DNA from: Macrostomum lignano
Taxonomy: Eukaryota
Direction of reading: 5' to 3'
DNA: 64,000 nt
Assembly (NCBI GenBank): GCA_002269645.1
Contig: NIVC01000087.1
Coordinates: 1-64,000 of the forward strand
A program made the translations under genes and the position numbers. The notes under the pieces were generated by a model. That model had not been told where the DNA came from, did no database searches, and saw only the letters and a program-made list of their open reading frames with translations. Of the stretch, positions 1 through 13,583 are shown piece after piece. Position 1 is the stretch's first letter, and each line of letters begins with the position of its first letter.

Positions 1-3000
1 CCGAAGCGTCGCGTCCTGCACAAGGTCAGCCTGGTACAAGAGACACTACGGTCGCAAGTGGCGCTGGTACTACACCCGAGTGGTCTACCATCGACGCTAC
101 GGTCGCAAGTGGCGCGTGCACTTTAGGAAGTGGCTGAAGCGAGTGTGGAAGACCGTCACCGAAGCGTCGCGTCCCTGCACAAGGTCACCTGGTACAAGAG
201 ACACTACGGGTCGCAAGTGGCGCTGGTACTACACCCGAGTGGTCTACCGTCGACGCTACGGTCGCAAGTGCGCGTGCACTTTAGGAAGTGGCTGAAGCGA
301 GTGTGGAAGAAGCCGTCACCGAAGCGTCGCGTCCTGCACAAGGTCACCTGGTACAAGAAGACACTACGGTCGCAAGTGGCGCTGGTACTACACCCGAGTG
401 GTCTACCGTCGACGCTACGGTCGCAAGTGGCGCGTGCACTTTAGGAAGTGGCTGAAGCGAGTGTGGAAGAAGCCGTCACCGAAGCGTCGCGTCCTGCACA
501 AGGTCACTGGTACAAGAGACACTACGGTCGCAAGTGCGCTGGTACTACACCCGAGTGGTCTACCGTCGACGCTACGGTCGCAAGTGCGCGTGCACTTTAG
601 GAAGTGGCTGAAGCGAGTGTGGAAGAAGCCGTCACCGAAGCGTCGCGTCCTGCACAAGGTCACCTGGTACAAGAGACACTACGGTCGCAAGTGGCGCTGG
701 TACTACACCCGAGTGGTCTACCGTCGACGCTACGGTCGCAAGTGGCGCGTGCACTTTAGGAAGTGGCTGAAGAGAGTGTGGAAGAAGCCGTCACCGAAGC
801 GTCGCGTCCTGCACAAGGTCACCTGGTACAAGAGACACTACGGTCGCAAGTGGCGCTGGTACTACACCCGAGTGGTCTACCATCGACGCTACGGTCGCAA
901 GTGGCGCGTGCACTTTAGGAAGTGGCTGAAGCGAGTGTGGAAGAAAGCCGTCACCGAAGCGTCGCGTCCTGCACAAGGTCACCTGGTAGCAGAGAGACAC
1001 TACGGTCGCAAGTGGCGCTGGTACTACACCCGAGTGGTCTACCGTCGACGCTACGGTCGCAAGTGGCGCGTGCACTTTAGGAAGTGGCTGAAGCGAGTGT
1101 GGAAGAAGCCGTCACCGAAGCGTCGCGTCCTGCACAAGGTCACCTGGTACAAGAGACACTACGGTCGCAAGTGGCGCTGGTACTACACCCGAGTGGTCTA
1201 CCGTCGACGCTACGGTCGCAAGTGGCGCGTGCACTTTAGGAAGTGGCTGAAGCGAGTGTGGAAGAAGCCGTCACCGAAGCGTCGCGTCCTGCACAAGGTC
1301 ACCTGGTACAAGAGACACTACGGTCGCAAGTGGCGCTGGTACTACACCCGAGTGGTCTACCGTCGACGCTACGGTCGCAAGTGGCGCGTGCACTTTAGGA
1401 AGTGGCTGAAGCGAGTGTGGAAGAAGCCGTCACCGAAGCGTCGCGTCCTGCACAAGGTCACCTGGTACAAGAGACACTACGGTCGCAAGTGGCGCTGGTA
1501 CTACACCCGAGTGGTCTACCGTCGACGCTACGGTCGCAAGTGCGCGTGCACTTTAGGAAGTGGCTGAAGCGAGTGTGGAAGAAGCCGTCACCGAAGCGTC
1601 GCGTCCTGCACAAGGTCACCTGGTACAAGAGACACTAGGTCGCAAGTGGCGCTGGTACTACACCCGAGTGGTCTACCGTCGACGCTACGGTCGCAAGTGG
1701 CGCGTGCACTTTAGGAAGTGGCTGAAGAGAGTGTGGAAGAAGCCGTCACCGAAGCGTCGCGTCCTGCACAAGGTCACCTGGTACAAGAGACACTACGGTC
1801 GCAAGTGGCGCTGGTACTACACCCGAGTGGTCTACCGTCGACGCTACGGTCGCAAGTGGCGCGTGCACTTTAGGAAGTGGCTGAAGAGAGTGTGGAAGAA
1901 GCCGTCACCGAAGCGTCGCGTCCTGCACAAGGTCCCCTGGTACAAGAGACACTACGGTCGCAAGTGGCGCTGGTACTACACCCGAGTGGTCTACCGTCGA
2001 CGCTACGGTCGCAAGTGGCGCGTGCACTTTAGGAAGTGGCTGAAGCGAGTGTGGAAGAAGCCGTCACCGAAGCGTCGCGTCCTGCACAAGGTCACCTGGT
2101 ACAAGAGACACTACGGTCGCAAGTGGCGCTGGTACTACACCCGAGTGGTCTACCGTCGACGCTACGGTCGCAAGTGGCGCGTGCACTTTAGGAAGTGGCT
2201 GAAGAGAGTGTGGAAGAAGCCGTCACCGAAGCGTCGCGTCCTGCACAAGGTCACCTGGTACAAGAGACACTACGGTCGCAAGTGGCGCTGGTACTACACC
2301 CGAGTGGTCTACCGTCGACGCTACGGTCGCAAGTGGCGCGTGCACTTTAGGAAGTGGCTGAAGAGAGTGTGGAAGAAGCCGTCACCGAAGCGTCGCGTCC
2401 TGCACAAGGTCACCTGGTACAAGAGACACTACGGTCGCAAGTGGCGCTGGTACTACACCCGAGTGGTCTACCGTCGACGCTACGGTCGCAAGTGGCGCGT
2501 GCACTTTAGGAGTGGCTGAAGAGAGTGTGGAAGAAGCCGTCACCGAAGCGTCGCGTCCTGCACAAGGTCACCTGGTACAAGAGACACTACGGTCGCAAGT
2601 GGCGCTGGTACTACACCCGAGTGGTCTACCGTCGACGCTACGGTCGCAAGTGGCGCGTGCACTTTAGGAAGTGGCTGAAGAGAGTGTGGAAGAAGCCGTC
2701 ACCGAAGCGTCGCGTCCTGCACAAGGTCACCTGGTACAAGAGACACTACGGTCGCAAGTGGCGCTGGTACTACACCGAGTGGTCTACCGTCGACGCTACG
2801 GTCGCAAGTGGCGCGTGCACTTTAGGAAGTGGCTGAAGAGAGTGTGGAAGAAGCCGTCACCGAAGCGTCGCGTCCTGCACAAGGTCACCTGGTACAAGAG
2901 ACACTACGGTCGCAAGTGGCGCTGGTACTACACCCGAGTGTCTACCGTCGACGCTACGGTCGCAAGTGGCGCGTGCACTTTAGGAAGTGGCTGAAGCGAG

Positions 3001-6000
3001 TGTGGAAGAAGCCGTCACCGAAGCGTCGCGTCCTGCACAAGGTCACCTGGTACAAGAACACACTACGGTCGCAAGTGGCGCTGGTACTACACCCGAGTGG
3101 TCTACCGTCGACGCTACGGTCGCAAGTGGCGCGTGCACTTTAGGAAGTGGCTGAAGAGAGTGTGGAAGAAGCCGTCACCGAAGCGTCGCGTCCTGCACAA
3201 GGTCACCTGGTACAAGAGACACTACGGTCGCAAGTGGCGCTGGTATACACCCGAGTGGTCTACCGTCGACGCTACGGTCGCAAGTGGCGCGTGCACTTTA
3301 GGAAGTGGCTGAAGAGAGTGTGGAAGAAGCCGTCACCGAAGCGTCGCGTCCTGCACAAGGTCACCTGGTACAAGAGACACTACGGTCGCAAGTGGCGCTG
3401 GTACTACACCCGAGTGGTCTACCGTCGACGCTACGGTCGCAAGTGGCGCGTGCACTTTAGGAAGTGGCTGAAGAGAGTGTGGAAGAAGCCGTCACCGAAG
3501 CGTCGCGTCCTGCACAAGGTCACCTGGTACAAGAGACACTACGGTCGCAAGTGGCGCTGTACTACACCCGAGTGGTCTACCGTCGACGCTACGGTCGCAA
3601 GTGGCGCGTGCACTTTAGGAAGTGGCTGAAGCGAGTGTGGAAGAAGCCGTCACCGAAGCGTCGCGTCCTGCACAAGGTCACCTGGTACAAGAGACACTAC
3701 GGTCGCAAGTGGCGCTGGTACTACACCCGAGTGGTCTACCGTCGACGCTACGGTCGCAAGTGCGCGTGCACTTTAGGAAGTGGCTGAAGAGAGTGTGGAA
3801 GAAGCCGTCACGCGAAGCGTCGCGTCCTGCACAAGGTCACCTGGTACAAGAGACACTACGGTCGCAAGTGGCGCTGGTACTACACCCGAGTGGTCTAACC
3901 GTCGACGCTACGGTCGCAAGTGGCGCGTGCACTTTAGGAAGTGGCTGAAGCGAGTGTGGAAGAAGCCGTCACCGAAGCGTCGCGTCCTGCACAAGGTCAC
4001 CTGGTACAAGAGACACTACGGTCGCAAGTGGCGCTGGTACTACACCCGAGTGGTCTACCGTCGACGCTACGGTCGCAAGTGGCGCGTGCACTTTAGGAAG
4101 TGGCTGAAGAGAGTGTGGAAGAAGCCGTCACCGAAGCGTCGCGTCCTGCACAAGGTCACCTGGTACAAGAGACACTACGGTCGCAAGTGGCGCTGGTACT
4201 ACACCCGAGTGGTCTACCGTCGACGCTACGGTCGCAAGTGGCGCGTGCACTTTAGGAAGTGGCTGAAAGCGAGTGTGGAAGAAGCCGTCACCGAAGCGTC
4301 GCGTCCTGCACAAGGTCACCTGGTACAAGAGACACTACGGTCGCAAGTGGCGCTGGTACTACACCCGAGTGGTCTACCGTCGACGCTACGGTCGCAAGTG
4401 GCGCGTGCACTTTAGGAAGTGGCTGAAGAGAGTGTGGAAGAAGCCGTCACCGAAGCGTCGCGTCCTGCACAAGGTCACCTGGTACAAGAGACACTACGGT
4501 CGCAAGTGGCGCTGGTACTACACCCGAGTGGTCTACCGTCGACGCTACGGTCGCAAGTGGCGCGTGCACTTTAGGAAGTGGCTGAAGAGAGTGTGGAAGA
4601 AGCCGTCACCGAAGCGTCGCGTCCTGCACAAGGTCACCTGGTACAAGAGACACTACGGTCGCAAGTGGCGCTGGTACTACACCCGAGTGGTCTACCGTCG
4701 ACGCTACGGTCGCAAGTGGCGCGTGCACTTTAGGAAGTGGCTGAAGAGCGAGTGTGGAAGAAGCCGTCACCGAAGCGTCGCGTCCTGCACAAGGTCACCT
4801 GGTACAAGAGACACTACGGTCGCAAGTGGCGCTGGTACTACACCCGAGTGGTCTACCGTCGACGCTACGGTCGCAAGTGGCGCGTGCACTTTAGGAAGTG
4901 GCTGAAGAGAGTGTGGAAGAAGCCGTCACCGAAGCGTCGCGTCCTGCACAAGGTTGGTTGGTTCAAGCGACGTTATGGAACAACTGGCGTTGGTACTACA
5001 CTCGAGTTGTTTATCAGCATCGATTTGGTCGCAAGTGGAGGGTGCATTTAAAGCTATGGGAAAAGCAACACGTGGAAGCGTCCGGCTCCAAAACGTCCGC
5101 CGTTATAGTGCACACTTTGAGATGGTTTAAAAGCATATCCAAGAATTGGAGGTGGTACTTACACCGGTGGTTTATCATCGAAAGGAATTAAGGGATCACT
5201 TTAGAAGGTGGGTGAAAACGGTCTGGAAGAAGCCGTCGCCGAAGCGTCGCGTCCTGCACAAGGTCACCTGGTACAAGAGACACTACGGTCGCAAGTGGCG
5301 CTGGTACTACACCCGAGTGGTCTACCGTCGACGCTACGGTCGCAAGTGGCGCGTGCACTTTAGGAAGTGGCTGAAGCGAGTGTGGAAGAAGCCGTCACCG
5401 AAGCGTCGCGTCCTGCACAAGGTCACCTGGTACAGAGACACTACGGTCGCAAGTGGCGCTGGTACTACACCCGAGTGGTCTACCGTCGACGCTACGGTCG
5501 CAAGTGGCGCGTGCACTTTAGGAAGTGGCTGAAGCGAGTGTGGAAGAAGCCGTCACCGAAGCGTCGCGTCCTGCACAAGGTCACCTGGTACAAGAGACAC
5601 TACGGTCGCAAGTGGCGCTGGTACTACACCCGAGTGGTCTACCGTCGACGCTACGGTCGCAAGTGGCGCGTGCACTTTAGGAAGTGGCTGAAGCGAGTGT
5701 GGAAGAAGCCGTCACCGAAGCGTCGCGTCCTGCACAAGGTTGGTTGGTTCAAGCGACGTTATGGAACAAACTGGCGTTGGTACTACACTCGAGTTGTTTA
5801 TCAGCATCGATTTGGTCGGAAGTGGAGGGTGCATTTTAAACTATGGGAAAAGCACACGTGGAAGCGTCCGGCTCCAAAACGTCCGCACGTTATAGTGCAC
5901 ACTTTGAGATGGTTTAAAAAGCATTATCCTAAGAATTGGAGGTGGTATTACACTCGGCTTGTTTATCATCGAAAATTTGGAATTAAATGGAGATCTCACT

Positions 6001-6200
6001 TCCGAAGGTGGGTGAAAACGGTCTGGAAGAAGCCGTCGCCGAAGCGTCGCGTCCTGCACAAGGTCACCTGGTACAAGAGACACTACGGTCGCAAGTGGCG
6101 CTGGTACTACACCCGAGTGGTCTACCGTCGACGTACGGTCGCAAGTGGCGCGTGCACTTTAGGAAAGTGGCTGAAACGCGTTTGGAAGAAGCCGAGCCCA
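1..6200 (+). repeat. 159-bp coding tandem repeat, ~39 copies, with an internal duplicated motif CTACGGTCGCAAGTGGCGC (YGRKWR) twice per unit
   Basis: Period measured directly (gtactacacc at 1021 and 1180); near-identical copies. Confidence 0.97.
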
Positions 6201-6536
6201 AAGAATGTGCGCAAGGTCACGTGGTTCAATCGCCGATCTGGGCGGCAATGCTTGGCGTTTGCACGTAAAGCGCACGAAGCATCGTTTAAGGAAGTACAGC
6301 ATCGCATGGTTTAAGCACCGATACGGGTCCAACTGGAAGTGGTTCTACGTCAAGCGAAAATATCGTCGGCGCTATGGTTCTAGTTGCGCGTACACTTCAA
6401 GAAGTGGCGAAAGACCGTCTGGAAGAGGCCGGCGCCGAAGAGTGTGCGCAAGGTGACGTGGTTCAATCGCCGAGCTGGGCGGCATGCTTGGCGTTTGCGC
6501 GTAAAGCGCACCAAGCATCGTGTGAAGAAGCACTAA
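1..6536 (+). CDS. 5'-truncated giant repetitive cationic/aromatic protein (>2,100 aa): ~39 x 53-aa unit RVVYRRRYGRKWRVHFRKWLKRVWKKPSPKRRVLHKVTWYKRHYGRKWRWYYT, then a degenerate C-terminus ending ...KRTKHRVKKH-stop (TAA 6534-6536); interrupted by 1-2 nt indels
   Basis: Only this frame is stop-free across a whole unit (the other two + frames carry TAG/TGA in each unit). Diverged units (4951-5232, 5738-6025, 6200-6533) keep W/Y/R/K positions with third-position changes, e.g. tgg cgc tgg tac tac acc cga gtg gtc tac vs tgg cgt tgg tac tac act cga gtt gtt tat. AT-rich non-repetitive sequence follows the stop. The frameshifts may be sequencing errors. Confidence 0.7.
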
Positions 6537-7204
6537 TTAGATGCAGCCTGAAGGTGATTTTATTTCAGCTGGTTCGCTTGTGATTGCATATCTGACGACA
6601 GTGTGTTGAGTAACGTGCAACTTTATAAGTGTCACAGAATGATTTTCAACAATTCAACAGCTACGATTTCTTATCCTGCTGGGCCAAGGCTGGCTTCATT
6701 TTTTACATTTTACACAGGTTAGGTGTCTGTTACGAAGATGTTCCGATCTGAAAGTATTTTTATCTGGTTTAAGCGGCAGACTGAAATCTAGTAGCAGACA
6801 ACGTTTTCTAAAGCATAGCTTGTGATATTAACTACTTCTAATGATACTACACATCTGCGTGCCTGTTCTACTTACTATGTATGAACTTCAATTTGTTAAC
6901 ACTCATAAATATTTATTGAATTCTTCAGCTGCTAACAACGTAACAAATTTTATTGGACTGAAAATTTCTCGAACAAACACCATAACAGCTTTTTCTAAGA
7001 ATCTCTAAAATACATAGCGTAACACTTTAAACAGCATTCAATAGCTGCTTTATTTGATTAATTCAACATTTGGTAGCTTAGCAAAACTATTAATTTTCGA
7101 AATGTATCAGACTAAAATACTTCACTCAGGAAGACTACGTAAAAATGGACAATAAGAAGGAAAAGACAATAAGGCTTAAATGCATTAAGCCACGAGTGCT
7201 CTGA

Positions 7205-7460
7205 AAGACTAAGACACTCAGATACTAAAATATTAAGACACCCAAACATTAAGACACTGAGACACTCAGACACTAAAACAGACAACAAGACACTCAGACA
7301 CTAAGACACCAAGACACTCAGACACTCAAACATTAAGACACTCAGACACTCAAACATTAAGACACTGAGACACTGAGACACTTATAGACACCAAGACATT
7401 AAGACACACTAAGACACTCTGAGACTAAAACACTGACACTTAAGACATTGAGACACTCAG
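7205..7460. repeat. Degenerate AGACAC(T/C)-based short tandem repeat
   Basis: Repeated aagacact/cagacact/taagacac motifs. Confidence 0.7.
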
Positions 7461-8039
7461 ACGAATCGTGACACAAAGGCAGACAGACAAGGCAGAATGC
7501 AATGGGAGCCGTTCCCATTGGCCTACAGCTGAAGGCACGGGAGTCTGGGAAAGCCGAATCCAATGAGGCTGCTAGGAGCCAGATGTAGGGATGGGGCGCA
7601 GCTTCTGAGCAGGTCTGTGAGATGTTTGTGAAAAGCAGACGCCGCATTGCCGAGGACCCGATAGCTACAGGGAATCGCGAGCAGCCCCAGAGATTCGGCT
7701 AATAAAGTCAATTCGAGCGCAGACTTCTTACCTGAACAGCTGCCAGGATTCTGCACTGTAAGATCAGCTACTTATCTTGCCGCGTGAGCTATCAGTTTGC
7801 TCAATTTTCCTGTGTTTTGGCAATCGTTTTTGGGAACAGCTGGCAAAATTTCCCGCGTGGTTGAGTATTCAAAAATATGCCTTTCGTTCTGTACTATTGC
7901 TTTCGTAGGTATTTGATTGTTAGGGTGGCTGAGAATTGGCGAGTGAATAGATTGTGTGGTAGACAGTGAATAGACACAAACATCAGTGAGTAAACAGACT
8001 ATACTATACAGATATATAGTAAACAGATTATAGTGAATA

Positions 8040-9332
<1,293 letters not shown>

Positions 9333-9944
9333 TGGCAGAGTTTAAAAATATTTGAGATAGGAGTAGAATGACGCAAGTTCTGTCCAAGTGAGAAAATAAT
9401 GAATTACTGACACTGCAATGCGCTGCACTTACAGAGAACTCCGATAATAAAAACGCTTTTAAAATAGTAGATGTCGTCGAACCCAAGGAGCAATAAAACT
9501 GCATGCAGAATTAATTTGATTGTCTTCTGTTTGGGTGGCCAGAGTATGTTCTTCCCTATTCAAGCCGCAGTGCAGTCGACTGGGCCGCCTCTACTTCCCT
9601 AGGGCGGACAACTAAGCAGCCTCGCTGGTCCGCCATAAAAGAATCCCCAGATTAAAGAGTGATGAGGCTGCGGCCGGAGACTGAGAGAGGGCGATAAAAA
9701 TGGAAAAAAAAGTTCACGCGTTTGGCCCGTGCTCAGGGGCTGGGAATTCTGGTATGAGGAGCTCCTTTTTCGCCTTTTTTTGAATTAAATCTGGGATCAG
9801 ATCCAGAGGAGACAATGGAAAAATGTGGAAATCGTTATTAACCTTTGTTAAAGAGATCAGGAATTTCTATGGGAGCTTCACTCTCAATGCACAGTTTTAG
9901 TCGCTAGAGTATTCTATATACATTGAGTGCCCTCAATGCCACTA

Positions 9945-11945
9945 ACTGGCGCCCCACAGTGTCTTCAACTGGTGCCCCACAGTGTCTTCAGTTAGTGTCT
10001 CTCAGTGTCTTCAGTTAGTGTCTCTCAGTGTCTTCAGTTAGTGTCTCTCAGTGTCTTCAGTTAGTGTCTCTCAGTGTCTTCAGTTAGTGTCCCTCAGTGT
10101 CTTCAGTTAGTGTCTCTCAGTGTCTTCAGTTAGTGTCTCTCAGTGTCTTCAGTTAGTGTCTCTCAGTGTCTTCAGTTAGTGTCCCTCAGTGTCTTCAGTT
10201 AGTGTCCCTCAGTGTCTTCAGTTAGTGTCCCTCAGTGTCTTCAACTGGCGCCCCACAGTGTCTTCAGTTAGTGTCCCTCAGTGTCTTCAGTTAGTGTCCC
10301 TCAGTGTCTTCAGTTAGTGTCTCTCAGTGTCTTCAGTTAGTGTCTCTCAGTGTCTTCAGTTAGTGTCTCTCAGTGTCTTCAGTTAGTGTCTCTCAGTGTC
10401 TTCAGTTAGTGTCCCTCAGTGTCTTCAGTTAGTGTCTCTCAGTGTCTTCAGTTAGTGTCTCTCAGTGTCTTCAGTTAGTGTCTCTCAGTGTCTTCAGTTA
10501 GTGTCCCTCAGTGTCTTCAGTTAGTGTCCCTCAGTGTCTTCAGTTAGTGTCCCTCAGTGTCTTCAACTGGCGCCCCACAGTGTCTTCAGTTAGTGTCCCT
10601 CAGTGTCTTCAGTTAGTGTCCCTCAGTGTCGTCAGTTAGTGTCTCTCAGTGTCTTCAGTTAGTGTCTCTCAGTGTCTTCAGTTAGTGTCCCTCAGTGTCT
10701 TCAGTTAGTGTCCCTCAGTGTCTTCAGTTAGTGTCCCTCAGTGTCTTCAGTTAGTGTCCCTCAGTGTCTTCAGTTAGTGTCCCTCAGTGTCTTCAACTGG
10801 CGCCCCACAGTGTCTTCAGTTAGTGTCCCTCAGTGTCTTCAGTTAGTGTCCCTCAGTGTCTTCAGTTAGTGTCCCTCAGTGTCTTCAGTTAGTGTCCCTC
10901 AGTGTCTTCAGTTAGTGTCTCTCAGTGTCTTCAGTTAGTGTCTCTCAGTGTCTTCAGTTAGTGTCCCTCAGTGTCTTCAGTTAGTGTCCCTCAGTGTCTT
11001 CAGTTAGTGTCCCTCAGTGTCTTCAGTTAGTGTCCCTCAGTGTCTTCAGTTAGTGTCCCTCAGTGTCTTCAGTTAGTGTCTCTCAGTGTCTTCAGTTAGT
11101 GTCTCTCAGTGTCTTCAGTTAGTGTCCCTCAGTGTCTTCAGTTAGTGTCCCTCAGTGTCTTCAGTTAGTGTCCCTCAGTGTCTTCAGTTAGTGTCCCTCA
11201 GTGTCTTCAACTGGCGCCCCACAGTGTCTTCAGTTGGTGTCCTTCAGTGTCTTCAGTTAGTGTCCCTCAGTGTCTTCAGTTAGTGTCCCTCAGTGTCTTC
11301 AGTTAGTATCCCTCAGTGTCTTCAGTTAGTGTCCCTCAGTGTCTTCAGTTAGTGTCCCTCAGTGTTTTCAGTTAGTGTCTCTCAGTGTCTTCAACTGGTG
11401 CCCCACAGTGTCTTCAACTGGCGCCCCACAGTGTTTTCAGTTAGTGATCCCTCTGTGTCTTCAGTTAGTGTCCCTCATTGTCTTCAACTGGCGCCCCACA
11501 GTGTTTTCAGTTAGTGCCCCTCAGTGTCTCAGTTAGTGTCCCTCAGTGTCTTCAGTTAGTGTCCCTCAGTGTCTTCAGTTAGTGTCCCTCAGTGTCTTCA
11601 ACTGGCGCCCCACAGTGTCTTCAACTGGCGCCCCACAGTGTTTTCAGTTAGTGATCCCTCAGTGTCTTCAGTTAGTGTCCCTCATTGTCTTCAACTGGCG
11701 CCCCACAGTGTCTTCAGTTAGTGTCCCTCAGTGTCTTCAGTTAGTGTCCCTCAGTGTCTTCAACTGGCGCCCCACAGTGTCTTCAACTGGCGCCCCACAG
11801 TGTTTTCAGTTAGTGATCCCTCAGTGTCTTCAGTTAGTGTCCCTCATTGTCTTCAACTGGCGCCCCACAGTGTCTTCAGTTAGTGTCCTTCAGTGTCTTC
11901 AGTTAGTGTTCCTCAGTGTCTTCAACTGGAGCCCCACAGAGTCTC
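9945..11945. repeat. 23-bp minisatellite CAGTGTCTTCAGTTAGTGTC(C/T)CT with variant unit CAGTGTCTTCAACTGGCGCCCCA
   Basis: Period 23 (cagtg at 10026 and 10049). Confidence 0.97.
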
Positions 11946-12152
11946 CAACTAGTGCCCCACAGGCTCCCTAACTGGTGGCCCACAGGGGACCAGTGGAGGG
12001 GATAGAGGAGAGGGGATGTCTTCATCTGGTGCCCCAGAGGCCCTCTAACTGCTGATTCTTTACAACTCTCTCCTTCTTCATCCCCAGGAAGTCTGGTGAA
12101 CCATTCCGCTTCTGACATCCGGAATAGTTCGGCTGCGATATGTTTGCCAGCA

Positions 12153-12155
<3 letters not shown>

Positions 12156-12244
<89 letters not shown>
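12156..12244. repeat. (CT)n microsatellite
   Basis: Pure CT run. Confidence 0.98.
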
Positions 12245-12246
<2 letters not shown>

Positions 12247-12522
12247 TTATTCCTGTCAGACTCTCCGTCTTCCTCTTTGATCTACATAAATTAGGCTAGC
12301 ACTTGAAATAGCGAGTTCGACAGACTGAATCCTGTTAGCTCGTACGACATTTAATTCGGTGAAAATATTTCCGTTATTGTTTTCTCCGTTACACGGACAA
12401 AACAAGTTGCTTTGCTCGAGTCGGTGCAGTATTATTACTCGAAAAGGTCATTTGATCGCTTTCTTTGAAGTATTGCATTAATAAGAACAATTTTTTAATT
12501 TTGGAGACAACCGACACTAAAA

Positions 12523-13583
12523 GAGAGGGGATAGATCAGAGGGGAGAAGGGAAAATGGGATGGATCAGAGGGGAGAGGGGAGAGAGGGGATAGATTAGAG
12601 GGGAGAAGGGAAAAGGGGATGGATCAGAGGGGAGAGGGGAAAGGGGATAGATCAGAGGGGAGAGGGGAAAAGGGGATAGATCAGAGGGGAGAGGGGAAAA
12701 GGGGATAGATCAGAGGGGAGAGGGGAGAGACGGGATAGATCAGAGGGGAGAGGGGAAAAGGGGATAGATTAGAGGGGAGAGGGGAGAGAGGGGATAGATC
12801 AGAGGGGAGAGGGGAAAGGGGATAGATCAGAGGGGAGAGGGGAAAGGGGATAGATCAGAGGGGAGAGGGGAAAAGGGGATAGATCAGAGGGGAGAGGGGA
12901 GAGACGGGATAGATCAGAGGGGAGAGGGGAGAGACGGGATAGATCAGAGGGGAGAGGGAAAAAGGGGATAGATCAGAGGGGAGAGGGGAGAGACGGGATA
13001 GATCAGAGGGGAGAGGGGAGAGACGGGATAGATCAGAGGGGAGAGGGGAAAAGGGATAGATTAGAGGGGAGAGGAGAGAGAGAGGGGATAGATCAGAGAG
13101 GAGAGGTGAGAGAGGAGGATAGATCAGAGCGGAGAGGGGAGAGAGGGGATAGATCAGAGGAGAGAGGGGAGAGAGGGGATAGATCAGAGGAGAGAGGGGA
13201 GAGAGGGGATAGATCAGAGGGGAGAGGGGAGAGACGGGATAGATCAGAGGGGAGAGGGGAGAGACGGGATAGATCAGAGGGGAGAGGGGAGAGACGGGAT
13301 AGATCAGAGCGGAGAGGGGAGAGACGGGATAGATCAGAGGGGAGAGGGGAGAGACGGGATAGATCAGAGGGGAGAGGGGAGAGAGGGGATAGATCAGAGG
13401 GGAGAGGGGAGAGAGGAGATAGATCAGAGGGGAGAGGGGAGAGACGGGATAGATCAGAGGAGAGAGGGGAGAGAGGGGATAGATCAGAGGGGAGAGGGGA
13501 GAGAGGAGATAGATCAGAGGGGAGAGGGGAGAGACGGGATGGATCAGAGGAGAGAGGGGAGAGAGGGGATAGATCAGAGGAGA
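12523..13583. repeat. ~30-bp purine-rich minisatellite GGGATAGATCAGAGGGGAGAGGGGAGAGA
   Basis: Period 30 visible from 13141 onward. Confidence 0.95.

Noticed and set aside
130-4415. Alternative-frame ORFs MAEASVEEAVTEASRPAQGHLV... and - strand ORFs in the 159-bp array
   Set aside because: These frames contain a stop in every unit and are not conserved in diverged copies; they only join the true frame through indels.
1-6200. CRISPR-like array
   Set aside because: Units are contiguous near-identical repeats without unique spacers, the context is eukaryotic, and no cas genes are present.
1-6536. Identification as the known flatworm adhesive protein ap1
   Set aside because: Only the GRK/basic character is shared. 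This unit is Trp/Tyr/Val-rich and no lectin/vWD domains are visible in the window, so I cannot support the name.
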